Shown: positions 50,061 to 62,404, counted from the first letter of the stretch. The stretch: DNA of 64,000 nt from Squalus acanthias (GCA_030390025.1 CM059432.1:91514001-91578000), one strand, 5' to 3'. Program-made: numbers and translations. The notes: generated from the letters alone by a model not told the origin.

Positions 50061-50950
50061 GGGGGAAAAGTTCAGTTGGTTGCGCCTCCCGTTAGCGCCT
50101 TAAGAGGGCGCTAATGGGACGCAAAACAACTAGCGCCCGGGCGCGGCGATGTTTGCGCCGCTCGCAAAATTAACTAGACATTTTGCGGCGGCGCTAAACA
50201 CTACTGCCACGATCTCCTGCGCCGGCAGATCGTGACGTCAGTCGAGTGCGTAATGCCCCGGTAGTGCCCCGGAGCGGAAATTGAGTGGCGCCCCCTGCCT
50301 TACCGCCTGCCGCTAGCAACGACAGGTTGAGGGGAGTGTTTTGCAGTCAGGAAGGGACTGGGGGAGCGATATTTAAAGGCGACCGCTTCCTGCCTTTTTT
50401 TGTTGGTGACATTTTTGAACCACGCAATCTGAGAGAGAGAGAGACTTCTGGAGAGATTCAACGCCATGTGAAGGAGTTTTGGGTACTGAGCAGCACTTTG
50501 CAGGGTCATTTTGATTTGCCCTTCCTTGTATCGATTTAGAAGAGACTGTGGGGGTTGCACTCTGAGCTCTTTCCCTGGGCCTCTCCATTGTTCTTTCCAG
50601 CAGATTTGATGTACAGGTCTCTCCCGGCCGAGTTTCAAGGCTGCAATGAGCAGGATGTGGATGGAGAGCAAGATCAACATATCCCTTTAAGAACTGGCCA
50701 GCGCCATTGTGTCTTGTGTTCCATTGCTGACTGACATCACATGAGCTTCGCCAGCGCTCTGAGTTAGCGCCTCGCTCCTCGGCCTTTGCGCCTTAAGACA
50801 GGTGTGAAGCGCCTGATTTAGCGCTCCAATCACCTCCAGGGGCGATAAAAGTCAAGTTTGCAGTCGGAGGCGATAATTAGCGGCAGGCGCTAATCTTTGC
50901 GCCCGGCCGATAATTGCGCCCCAAACGGGGCGAAACTGAATTTTTCCCCC
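50061..50950. mobile_element. Young CpG-rich Harbinger MITE related to element D
   Basis: TIR GGGGGAAAAGTTCAGTT / AACTGAATTTTTCCCCC (16 of 17); many GCGCTAA/TTAGCGC motifs. Confidence 0.88.
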
Positions 50951-50952
50951 TT

Positions 50953-52585
50953 AGTCCTTTTAGAATTATTATTTACTGTAGCCCTGTTTGATTTACACCC
51001 TTGATTTCTCTGCCTTCCACTTTTGCTTTTCTCCTTCCTGTCTTTTGCTTCTATCCTTGCTTCCCTTTCCTCTGTTTCCCTGCACAGGTTCCCAACCCCC
51101 TGCCATTTAGTTTAAACCCTCCCCAACAGCACTAGCAAACACTTCCCCTAGGACATCGGTCCCGGTCCTGCCCAGGTGCAAACCGTCCAGTTTGTACTGG
51201 TTCCACCTCCCCCAGAACCGGTTCCAATGTCCCAGGAATTTGAATCCCTCCCCCTTGCACCATTCCTCTAGCCACGTATTCATCTGAAATATCCTTCTGA
51301 CTAGTACATGGCACCGGTAGCAATCCTGAGATTACTACCTTTGAGGTCCTATTTTTTAATTTACCTCCTAACTCCCTATATTCAGCTTTTAGGACCTCAT
51401 CCCGTTTTTTACCTATATCGTTGGTACCTATATGCACCATGACAACTGGCTGTTCACCCTCCCCCTCCAGAATGCCCTGCAGCCGCTCCGAGACATCCTT
51501 CAATCTTGCACCAGGGAGGCAATATACCATCCTGGAGTCTCGTTTGCGGCCGCAGAAACGCCTATCTATTCCCCTTACAATAGAATCCCCTATCACTATA
51601 GCTCTCCCGCTCTTTTTCCTCCCGTCCTGTGCAGCAGAACCACCCATGGTGCCAGGAAGTTGGCTGCTGCAGCCTTCCCCCGATAAGCCATCTCCCTCAA
51701 CAATATCCAAAGTGGTATATCTGTTTGAGAGGGGCGATGTCCACAGGGGACCCCTGCAGTACCTGCCTGCGCCTACTACTCTGCCTGGTGGTCACCCATT
51801 CCCTTCCTGCCTGTGCAGCCTTTACCCGCGGTGTGACCAACTCCCTAAACGTGCTATCCACGATGTCCTCAGCATCGCGAATGCTCCAGTATGCATCCAT
51901 TCGCAGCTCCAGCGCCGCAATGCGGTCTGCCAGTAGCTGCAGCTGGATACACTTCCCGCACACATGGTCAACAGGGACACAGGAAGTGTCCCTGATTTCC
52001 CACATAGTGTAGGAGGAGCATGCCATGGGGCCGAGCTGTGCTGCCATGACTTACCCTTTAATTAATTTAAATTAACTAAAATCAATACCACAAATTACAC
52101 TACAATTAAATGATATACTCAAGGGCCCTTGTATACTAGCACTCCCTGCTACACAACAGAGACCTTAGAAACTATAACCACAAAAATTAGGACCTTCTAA
52201 ACTTTATAAACTATTAACCTTAACTGTCAAACTATAGAGTAGTATAAATACTCACCTGGCCGTACTCACCCAATCAGCTGCTTCCTCTTGTCCGCGTCAC
52301 TTTTTGAATTGTGACGTGGCTCTGGAACGCCACCACCGGTCTGTGAGATTGCTAAGCCTCTGTAAAAAAAGCCCGCGAAAGTGAGTTTAAATACTCACTG
52401 TGCTGCTGCTCTCTCCGCTCCTGACACTGGCCTCTGTAAAAAAAAGCCCGCGAAAGTGAGTTTAAATACTCACTGTGCTGCTGCTCTCTCCGCTCCTGAC
52501 ACTGGCCTCTGAAAAAAAAGCCCGCAAAAATGAGTTTAAATACTTACTGTGCTGCTGCTCTCTCCGCTCCCGACACTGGCCTCTC
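50953..52585 (-). mobile_element. CR1 5' half only (5'UTR, ORF1 and inter-ORF region)
   Basis: ORF1 52047 to about 51107 with frameshifts: CSSYTMW...CGKC, LxxxxxxL heptads, IGDSIVR, HIGTND (SGNH esterase). Confidence 0.88.
52356..52585. repeat. Tandem array of three 74-75 bp units at the CR1 5' end
   Basis: GCCTCT recurs at 52356, 52430, 52505 and 52579. Confidence 0.95.
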
Positions 52586-52689
52586 TGGGTAGTTTTATTC
52601 CATTTTGGTCCTGTTTGTTTTTCACTGCAGCAAGTGCCATAGTGGATACTGACCACCAGTGTGTGCCATGTAGTCGGTGTGTGATAATT

Positions 52690-54868
52690 ACATAGAATTT
52701 CACAGAATGCACAGTGCAGAAACAGGCTATTTGGCTCAACAGGTCTATGCTGGTGTTTTTGCTCCACACGAGCCTCCTCCTATTCTACTTCGTCTAACCT
52801 TACCAGCATATCCTTCTATTCCTTTCTCCCTCAAATGCTTATCTAGCTTCTCTTTAATGCACCTTCACTTTTTCTTTTATTTGTTTATGGGATCTGGGCG
52901 TCGCTGGCATGGCCAGCATTTATTGCCCATCCCTAATTGCCCTTGAGAAGGTGGTGGTGAGCCACCTTCTTGAACCGCTGCAGTCTGTGTGGTGAAGGTA
53001 CTCCCATAGTGTTATTAGTGAGGGAGTTCCATGATTCTGACTCAGTGACGATGAAGGAACGGCGATATACTTCCAAGTTAGGATGGTGTGTGACTTGGAG
53101 GGGAACTTGGAGGTGGTGGTGGGAGTGAATGTTTAAGGTGGTGGATGGGGTACCAATCAAGCGGGCTGCTTTTTCCTGAATGGTGTTGAGCTTCTTGAGT
53201 GTTGTTGGAGCTGCACTCATCCAGGCAAGTGGAGAGTATTCCATCACACTCCTCACTTGTGCCTTGTAGATGGTAGAAAGACTTTGGGGAGTCAGGAGGT
53301 GAGACTTGCTGCAGAATACCTAGCCTCTGACCTGCTCTTGTTGCCACAGTATTTATGTGACTGGTCCAGTTAAGTTTCTGGTCAATGGTGACCCCCAGGA
53401 TGTTGATGGTGGGGGATTTGGCGATGGTATTGCCGTTGAAAGTCAAGGGGCGGTGGTTAGACTCTCGCTTGTTGGAGATAGTCATTGCCTGGCACTTGTG
53501 GGGCGCGAATGTTACCTGCCACATATCAGCCCAAGCCTGAATGTCGTCCAGGTCTTGTTGCATGCGGGCATGGACTGCTTCATTATCTGAGGAGTTTGCC
53601 TCAACTGTTCCTGTGGTAGCGAGTTCCACATTCTAACCACTCTCTGGCTAAAGAAGTTTCTCCTGAATTCCCTATTGGATTTATTAGTGACTAATACATT
53701 TGTGACCACTAGTTTTGGACTCCCCCACAAGTGGAAACATTTTCTTCACATCTACCCTATCAAACTCTTTCATTATCTTAAAGACCTCTATCAGTTCAGC
53801 CCTTAGCCTTCTCTTTTCTCGAGAAAAGAGCCCCAGCCTGTTCAGCCTTTCCTGATAAGTATATCCTCTCAGTTCTGCTATCATTCTTGTGAATCTTTTT
53901 TGCACCGTCACCAATTCTTCTACATCCTTTTTATAATATGGAGACCAGAACTGTCCACAATACTCCAAGTGTGGTCTAACCATGGTTCGATACAAGTTTA
54001 ACATTACTTCTCTGCTTTTTGGGTCTATCCCTCTAGAAATGAACTCCAGTGGTTGGTTTTCTTTTTTTTAATGACTTTTTTAACCTGCATCACTACTTTT
54101 ATGATTGGAGTATCTGTACCCCTAGATCCCTTTTCTCCTCTATCCCATTCAGACTCTTATTACCAAGCAATATGTGGCCTCCTTATTCTTCATACCAAAA
54201 TGTACCACCTCACATTTATTTATATTGAAATTCATTTACCAACATACCCATGCTGCAAGCTTATTAATGTCTTCCTATATTTTGTCATATTCTTCCTTTG
54301 TGTTAACTATAGCTCCCAATTTGATGTTGACTGCAAATTTTGAAATTGTACTTCCGATTCTTGAGTCCAAATCATTAATGTAAATTGTAAGTCCAAATCA
54401 TTAATGTAAATTGTGAACAGTGGTCCCAGTACTTATCCCTGTGGAACACCACTTCCCACCTTTTGCCTTTCTGAGTAGCTACCCGACCCACTATTCTCTG
54501 TTTTCTGTTTTGTAGCCAACTTACTAACCATTCTGCTACCTGTCCCCTGACTCCACGTGCTCTGACCTTAGTCATGAGTCTACTGTGCGGTACTTTATCA
54601 AAGGCCTTTTGGAAATCCAAATATATTACATCAACTACATTACCCTTGTCTACTCTTTCTGTTACTTCTTCAAATAATTCAACAAGGTTGGTCAAGCAAG
54701 ACCTTCCCTTTTGAAATCCATGCTGACTACTCTATTTTATTTTTGGTTTCTATATGTTTTTCTATTGCATTTTTGAGCAAGGATTCCATTTTCTTTTCTA
54801 CCACAGACATTAAGCTAACTGGTCTATAGTTCACGGAACTTGTTCTATCTTCCTTTTTAAATATAGGA
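52690..54868 (-). mobile_element. Degenerate CR1 RT and 3' end, with a second-family LINE fragment inserted at about 52868-53595
   Basis: [25 protein letters not shown]; the insert has QQDLDDIQAWADMWQVTF. Confidence 0.85.
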
Positions 54869-55398
54869 CACGAGTCATGTTTAGCTTGAAGTTTAATGAC
54901 TGTAATGCAGTTGTTCTAAATTAATCCACAGCTGATTAGTGCAAAGTAATAGTCAGTACACATGAGTTTAAATTCAGTTTATTTTGAATTTAGGTAATCC
55001 AATCTCTAACTTCAACTCATGACAAGGACTAGATAGTTTTCTTTTTTTTTAAATCTAGCCTTTTTTTACTTTGCATGAGTATATTTAATATCTTCTGCAC
55101 CCAGTGTATTACTACACCTTACTGCATTAAAACCACTAAACTGCAGTGGTTGGTCTGCAATGATACTGCTCTTTTGTTTAATAATTCTATGCTGCTAAGT
55201 TTAAAGTGCCTCATATATATAAAAATATTCAAAGACTCTGCTTCCACCGCCCTCTGAGGAAGAGAGTTCCAAAGACTCACGACCCTCTGTGAGAAAACAT
55301 TTACATAAGAACATAAGAAGTAGGAGCAGGAGTAGGCCATATGGCCCCTCGGGCCTGCTCCGCCATTCAATAGGATCATGGCTGATCCGAACCTAGAC

Positions 55399-58336
55399 TC
55401 ACGTCCTCTTCCCTGCCTGCTCCCCATAACCCTTAATTCCCTTATCAGCTAGGAAACTGTCTATCTCCGTTTTAAATTTATTTAATGTCGCAGCTTCCAC
55501 AGCTCTCTGAGGTAGCAAATTCCATAGATTTACTACCCTCTGAGTGAAGAAGTTTCTCCTCATCTCAGTTTTGAAACGGCAGCCCCTTATTCTAAGACTA
55601 TGCCCCCTAGTTCTAGTCTCACCCATCAGTGGAAACATCCTCCCCGCTTCCACCCGATCAAGCCCCCTCACAATCTTATATGTTTCGATAAGATCGCCTC
55701 TCATTCTTCTGAATTCCAATGAGTAGAGGCCCAACCTACTCAACCTTTCCTCATAAGTCAACCCCCTCATCTCCGGAATCAACCGAGTGAACCTTCTCTG
55801 AACTGCCTCGAGAGCAAGTATATCTTTTCTTAAATATGGAAACCAAAACTGTACGCAGTATTCCAGGTGTGGCCTCACCAGTATCTTGTATAACTGAAGC
55901 AAGACTTCCCTGCTTTTATACTCCATCCCCCTTGCAATAAAAGCCAAGATTCCATTGGCCTTCCTGATCACCTGCTGTACCTGCATACTAGCCTTCTGTG
56001 TTTCATGCACCAGGACCCCCAGATCCATTTGTACTGTAGCACTTTGCAGTTTCTTTCCATTTAGATAATAACTTGCTCTTTGATTTTTTCTGCCAAAGTG
56101 CATAACCTTACACTTTCCAACATTATATTCCATCTGCCAAATTTCCGCCCACTCACTTAGCCTGTCTATGTCCTTTTGCAGGTTTTTTATGTCCTCCTCA
56201 CTCACTGCTTTTCCTCCCATCTTTGTATCATCAGCAAACTTGGATACGTTGCACTTGGTCCCCTCCTCCAAATCGTTAATATAGATTGTAAAGAGTTGGG
56301 GTCCCAGCACTGACCCTTGCGGAACACCACTAGTTATTGATTGCCAACCCGAGAATGAACCATTTATCCCAACTCTCTGTTTTCTGTTAGATAGCCAATC
56401 TTCCACCCATGCCAGTATATTACCCCCAATCCCGTGATTTTTTACCTTGTGCAGTAATCTTTTGTGTGGCACTTTATCAAATGCCTTTTGGAAGTCCAAA
56501 TACACCACATCCACTGGTTCCCCTTTATCCACCCTGTTTGTTACGTCCTCAAAGAATTCGAGCAAATTTGTCAAGCATGATTTCCCCTTCATAAAACCAT
56601 GCTGACTCTGTCCGATTAAATTATGCTTATCCAAATGTCCTGTTACTGCTTCCTTAATAATGGACTCCAACATTTTACCAACCACAGCTGTTAGGCTAAC
56701 TGGTCTATAGTTTCCAGCCTTTTGTCTACCTCCCTTTTTAAATAAGGGCGTTACATTAGCAGTTTTCCAATCTGCTGGGACCTTTCCCGAATCCAGGGAG
56801 TTTTGGAAAATTACCACCAATGCATCCGCAATCCCTACCGCTGCTTCTCTCAAGACCCTAGAATGTAAGCCATCAGGTCCAGGGGATTTATTCGCTTTAA
56901 GTCCCATTATCTTACCGAGTACCATCTCCTTAGAGATTTTAATCGTGTTTAGCTCCTCCCCCCCCATAGCCCCCCGTTTGTCCAGTGTTGGGATATTTTT
57001 AGTATCCTCTACTGTAAAGACTGATACAAAATATTTGTTCAGCGTATTTGCCATCTCCGTGTTCCCCACTACTAATTTCCCGGTCTCGTCCTCTAAGGGA
57101 CCAACATTCACTTTAGCCACCCTTTTTCTTTTTATATAACTGTAGAAACTCTTGCTATCTGTTTTTATATTTTTTGCTAGTTTACTTTCATAATCCATCT
57201 TCCCCTTCTTAATTAATCTTTTAGTTATTCTTTGCTGGCTTTTAAATGCTTCCCAATCTTCTATCCTCCCACTAGATTTGGCTACTTTATCTGCCCTTGT
57301 TTTCAGTCGGATACTATCCTTTATTACTTTACTTAGCCACGGATGGCTGTCTTTTCTTTTACGCCCCTTTTTCCTCAGTGGAATATATTTTTCTTGAAAG
57401 TTGTGAAATACCTCCTTGAATGTACACCACTGCTCCTGTACCGTCTTACACCTTAATCTATTTTCCCAGTCCACTTTAGTCAACTCTGCTCTCATACCTT
57501 CATAGTCTCCTTTATTTAAGCTTAGTACGCTGGTTTGAGATCCAACTCTCTCACCCTCCAACTGAATTTGGAATTCAACCATGTTATGGTCACTCATTCC
57601 AAGGGGATTCTTTACTAGGACATTTTTTATTAATCCTGTCTCATTACACAGGACCAGATCTAAGATTGCCTGCCCCCGGTTGGTTCAGTAACATACTGCT
57701 CAAGGAACCCATCCCTAATGCACTCTATGAACTCTTCCTCAAGGCTGCCCTGCCCAATTTGATTTGTCCAGTCAATATGAAAGTTAAAATCTCCCATGAT
57801 TATAGTTGTTCCCTTATTACAAGCCCCAACTATTTCCTGATTTATACTCCGACCAATAGGGTTACAACTGTTAGGAGGCCTATAGACTACGCCCACTAGT
57901 GACTTCTTCCCCTTATTATTCCTTATCTCCACCCAAACTGTTTCACTATCCTGATCCTTTGACCCAATATCATTTCTCACTATCACAGTGATTCCATCCT
58001 TTATTAACATAGCCACCCCACCTCCCTTTCCTTCCTAATAGTCAAATACCCCTGGATGTTTAGTTCCCAGTCATGGTCACCTCGCAGCCATGTTTCTGTA
58101 ATGGCCACCAGATCATACCCATGTGTAGTTATTTGTACCGTCAACTCGTCTATTTTGTTACGAATGCTGCGTGCATTCAGATAAAGAACTTTTAAACATG
58201 TTTTGTGACAATTTATTCCTGCTTTTACCCCCTTTATTACTTTACCTTTATCTTTATATATTCTGTCCCTTCCTGACACGCTCTGGTTTTTAATTTCCCC
58301 ACTGCTAATTTGTTCCATTGCCTTCTCCGCTGACAT
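55399..58336 (-). pseudogene. CR1 ORF2 (AP endonuclease and RT); two frameshifts in EN, last 732 aa open
   Basis: YLNARS, AITETW, YRPP, MGDFN, SDH; RT FADD. Confidence 0.93.
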
Positions 58337-58374
58337 TTTTATTCTTCGCTCTCTTGAAACCTCCCCCCCACTAA

Positions 58375-59331
58375 TTAGTTTAAAGCCCTCTCTACAGCCC
58401 TAGTTATTCGATTCGCCAGGATTCTAGTCCCAGCATTGGCCAAGTGAAGTCCGTCCCAATGGAACAGCTCTCTCCCGTCCCAGTACTGGTGCCAGTGTCC
58501 CAAGAAGCAAAACCCATTTCTCCCACACCAGTCTTTGAACCACGCATTTAACTCTCTGATTTTGTTTACCCTAGCCAAATTTGCTCGTGGCTCAGGTAGT
58601 AATCCAGAGATTATTACCCTTGTGGTTCTGCTTTTTAATTTGGCCCCTAGCTGCTCATACTCCCTCAGCAGAACCTCTTTCCTTGTCCTATCTATGTCGT
58701 TGGTACCAACATGGACCATGACAACTGGATCCTCCCCCTCCCACTCCAAGTTTCTCTCCAGCCCAGAGGAGATGTCCTTAACCCTGGCACCGGGCAAGCA
58801 ACACAACCTTCGGGACTCTCGTTCTCGGCTGCAAAGAACCCTATCTATCCCCCTTATGATACTATCCCCTACCACTACAACATTTCTTTTTACTCCCCCC
58901 ACTTGAATGGCCCCCCGTTCCACGGTGCTGTGGCCAGGTTGCTCATCCTCCCTGCAGTCCCTGCTCCCGTCCTCACAGGGAGTAAGAGCCTCGAACCTGT
59001 TGGACAAGAGCAAGGGCTGCGGCTCCTCCAACACTACCTCCTGGATCCCCGTACCTGCCTCACTCATAGTCACACCCTCCTGTCCCTGACCACGGACTAC
59101 ATCTGAATTAGTTAATCTAATTGGTGTGACTACTTCCTGGAACACAGAGTCCAGGTAACTCTCCCCCTCCCTGATGTGTCGCAGTGTTTGAAGCTCGGAC
59201 TCCAGCTCATCAACACGGAGCTGGAGTTCCTCGAGCAGCCAACACTTACTACAAATGTGATCACCGTGAGCATCAATGGTGTCCACCAGCTCCCACATAT
59301 TGCAGCAGTAACACATCACCTGCTCTCCCAT
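58375..59331 (-). CDS. CR1 ORF1, intact 318 aa: zinc finger, leucine zipper and SGNH esterase
   Basis: CYCCNMW...CSKC; LQLRVDELESEL; VVGDSII, HVGTND, DGLHL. Confidence 0.92.
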   Translation of the reverse strand: MGEQVMCYCCNMWELVDTIDAHGDHICSKCWLLEELQLRVDELESELQTLRHIREGESYLDSVFQEVVTPIRLTNSDVVRGQGQEGVTMSEAGTGIQEVVLEEPQPLLLSNRFEALTPCEDGSRDCREDEQPGHSTVERGAIQVGGVKRNVVVVGDSIIRGIDRVLCSRERESRRLCCLPGARVKDISSGLERNLEWEGEDPVVMVHVGTNDIDRTRKEVLLREYEQLGAKLKSRTTRVIISGLLPEPRANLARVNKIRELNAWFKDWCGRNGFCFLGHWHQYWDGRELFHWDGLHLANAGTRILANRITRAVERALN

Positions 59332-59560
59332 TCTATGTAATTAATTAAATTTATTAATATTTTTTAATACCCTCTGCCCCGCCTGATGAATATCACGCCT
59401 TAGAAACTATAAACCACAGAGTTTAAGTTTAAAAAGAGAGAAATACTCACCAACCAATTACTTACCTGCTTTCTGGTGACGTCACACCTCGATTATTTTT
59501 TACCTCCCTCCCTCCGAGTTCGGAGACTGGTCCCGCCTTACCTGGTCTCTGGAGCCTTTT

Positions 59561-59988
59561 ACATAGAAACATAGAATCTAGGAGCAGGAGTAGGCCATTC
59601 GGCCCGTCGAGCCTGCTCCGCCATTCAATACGATCATGGCTGATCATCCAAATCCAGTACCCTGTCCCTGCTTTAATCCCCACAGTACACATATCCCACC
59701 CTACCCCCGTAACCCCATGTATTTAATTCCCCCTAACATATCCCATCCTATCCCATAACCCCACATATTTAATCCCCCCTAACACTAAGGGTCAATTTAT
59801 CATAGCCAAATCAACCTAACCCACACATTTTTGGACTGTGGGAGGAAACCGGAGCACCCGGAGGAAACCCACGCAGACACGGGGAGAATGTGCAAACTCC
59901 ACACAGACAGTCACCCGAGGTCAGATTCGAACCCGGGTCTCTGGCGCTGTGAGGCACCAGTGCTAACCACTATGCCACCGTGTTGCCC
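59561..59988 (-). mobile_element. Full-length V-domain (HE1-like) SINE in the CR1 5'UTR
   Basis: Near-identical reverse complement of 34406-34840; ACATAGAA on both sides. Confidence 0.92.
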
Positions 59989-61355
59989 ACATAGAATGGG
60001 AGAGCAGGTGATGTGTTTTAAACCCTCTGCCGCCGCCTCGCCTCATGCAGGTCCACCGCCGCACCAGGAAGCTGACAAAGATGGAAAAAGGAAGGAACAC
60101 CTCCCTCCCTGAACTCCCTCACTCACCAAACTCGCAGCTTAACACTCTGTTCCAATCTGCACTCCATGACAAACTGCACTCTAGTCTCCCTTATTTATAC
60201 TGTTGAGATTTAAATAAGTGAGCTCTCTGGCAGTTACAGAACCAGATTAGACCAGTTAATTAATTAATTACTCCTCAGCTCTGTCTTAAATGGACGACCC
60301 CTTATTTTTAAACAGTGACCCCTAGTTCTAGATACTCCCACAAGAGGAAACATCCTCTCCACATCCACCCTGTCCAGACCCTTCAGGATCTTATATGTTT
60401 CAATCAAGTCACCTCTTATTCTTCTAAACTCCAGCGGATACAAGCCTAGCCTGTCCAACTTTCCTCATAAGACAACCCACCCATTCCAGGTATTAGTCTA
60501 GTAAACCTTCTGTGAACTGCTTCCAACGCATTTACATCCTTCCTTAAATAAGGAGACCAATACTGTACACAGTACTCCAGATGTGGTCTCACCAATGCCC
60601 TGTATAACTGAAGCATAACCTCCCTACTTTTGTATTCAATTCCATTCGCAATAAACGATAACATTCTATTAGCTTTCCTAATTACTTGCTGTACCTGCAT
60701 AATAACCTTTTGTGATTCATGCACTAGGACACCCAGATCCCTCTGCATCTCAGAGCTCTGCAATCTCTCACCATTTAGATAATATGCTTTTTTATTCTTC
60801 CTGCCAAAATGGACAACTTCACATTTTCCCACATTATACTCCATTTGCCAGATCTTTGCCCACTCACTTAACTTATCGATATCCATTTGTAGCCTCCTTA
60901 TGTCCTCTTCACAATTTACTTTCCTACCTATCTTTGTGTCATCAGCAAATTTAGCAACCATACCTTCGGTCCCTTCATCCAAGTCATTTATATAAATTGT
61001 AAAAAGTTGAGGCCCCAGCACTGATCCCTGTGGCACACCACTCGTTACATCTTGCCAATCAGAAAATGACCCATTTATGCCTACTCTCTGTTTCCTGTTA
61101 GCTAGCCAATCTTCTATCCATACACTTTTTCACCAGACTATATTTATCAAGATGATTACTGAGCAATACCATTTACGCAAGTGGCGGAAGATCAGTCTAA
61201 ACCGATATCGAGCAATTCGAGTAACAGTAACTGAAAATATTGATTTAGTCCACATCTAAATCAGCAATTAATACTAATACATCATTTCCCACAATAGATT
61301 TGGCTTGTATGTCTATATGTACAATACAGCACAAATGAAGTGTGTGGAAAAACAC

Positions 61356-62404
61356 GGGCCAGAATTTTAATCTGGAGGCGGGTCGGGAGCGGTGGGGGTA
61401 CTGGAAAGCAGTCGGGAAACTCAGGAGAATGGGTTTCCCACAGGCTTTGCCGAATTTAACGGCACGGCCTGATTTGCATTTCTAAGCTCTGTTTCCCGCC
61501 CGCAGCTAGCCAGCCTCTCCATCTAGGCCACAGAGAGGAGGAGGGAGGGATCGGATCAGGTTGATCGGGGTCGGAGGAGTGTCAAGGGGCGGGGATGGTG
61601 GAGAGAGGATCATGGCCGACTGGAAGAGCATGGTGGGGGGTGGGGGGTGGTGAAAGAGGATCGAGGCCAGCCGGAGGAGCATCAGGCAGGTGGGAGAGTA
61701 TCGGGGCTGGAGAATAGAAACACAGAAAAATAGGAGCAGGAGTAGGCCATTCGGCCCTTCGAGCCTGCTCCGCTATTCACTATGATCATGGCTGATCCTC
61801 TATCTCAATACCATATTCATGCTCTCTCCCCATACCCCTTGATGCCTTGATGGATCGGGACTGGAGGAGCGTCGGGGCTGGAGGGGGGACTCCGGAAAGG
61901 TGATCGGGGGCCGGAGGGGGGCGGTGTCAGCGGCTCGTGGGAGGAATCGGAGGCCTCGGGGGGGTGGTGGAATCGGAGGCGTTGGGGGTGGTAGGAGGCA
62001 TCGTGGGAGGTTGAGGGGGTGATCGGAGGCCTCATGGGAGGGATCAGAAGCCTCAAGGGGGTGTCCTTGCAGTGGGTGGGTGAAGCAGGGATGTTAGATC
62101 CAGGAGGTAAAGGCACATACAGTTTTCACTTCACTTTAGCTGGCGGGTTCCCCAAGGCCTGAGAAACCCAACCAGCCAAATTTAAAATGGTGGTTAAATC
62201 TGAGACACGCAGACTCATTATAATATTTAAATGGGGGACCCGCCTCCTGGGAGTGGGTTGGCTGCCCGCCTACCCGTCCCGTCTCCGTTAAAACCGGAAG
62301 TGGGCGTGTTGGAAGTGGGTTGGGGTCGGGATTCAGTTTATTAACACTTTAACCTCCCACCCGACCCCAACCCACCCATTTTCTGGGGTTAAAATTTCCC
62401 CCCC
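61356..62404. mobile_element. G-rich Harbinger-type MITE containing a CR1 tail fragment (about 61712-61850, -)
   Basis: GGGCCAGAATTTTAA / TTAAAATTTCCCCC termini. Confidence 0.85.

Larger units (their letters stand above)
55302..60270 (-). mobile_element. Near full-length CR1 LINE (5'UTR, ORF1, ORF2, tail)
   Basis: Both boundaries are defined by the interrupted host element; tail (TTCTTATG)n at 55302. Confidence 0.93.
55222..61122 (-). mobile_element. Host CR1 3' fragment (55222-55301 plus 60271-61122) split by a full-length CR1
   Basis: GAGAAAACATTT and CTCCTCAGCTCTGTCTTAAATGG join into a normal CR1 3' region; RT ORF 60446-61036. Confidence 0.85.

Noticed and set aside
52356..52585. CRISPR-like array with palindromic repeats
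   Set aside because: The units are contiguous near-identical monomers with no unique spacers, there are no cas genes, and the context is eukaryotic
54363..54415. 26-bp tandem duplication AGTCCAAATCATTAATGTAAATTGT
   Set aside because: Ordinary local slippage in a dead CR1
60072..60126. GT-AG micro-intron in the CR1 5'UTR
   Set aside because: At 55 nt it is short for a vertebrate intron; only the donor motif is retained as an observation
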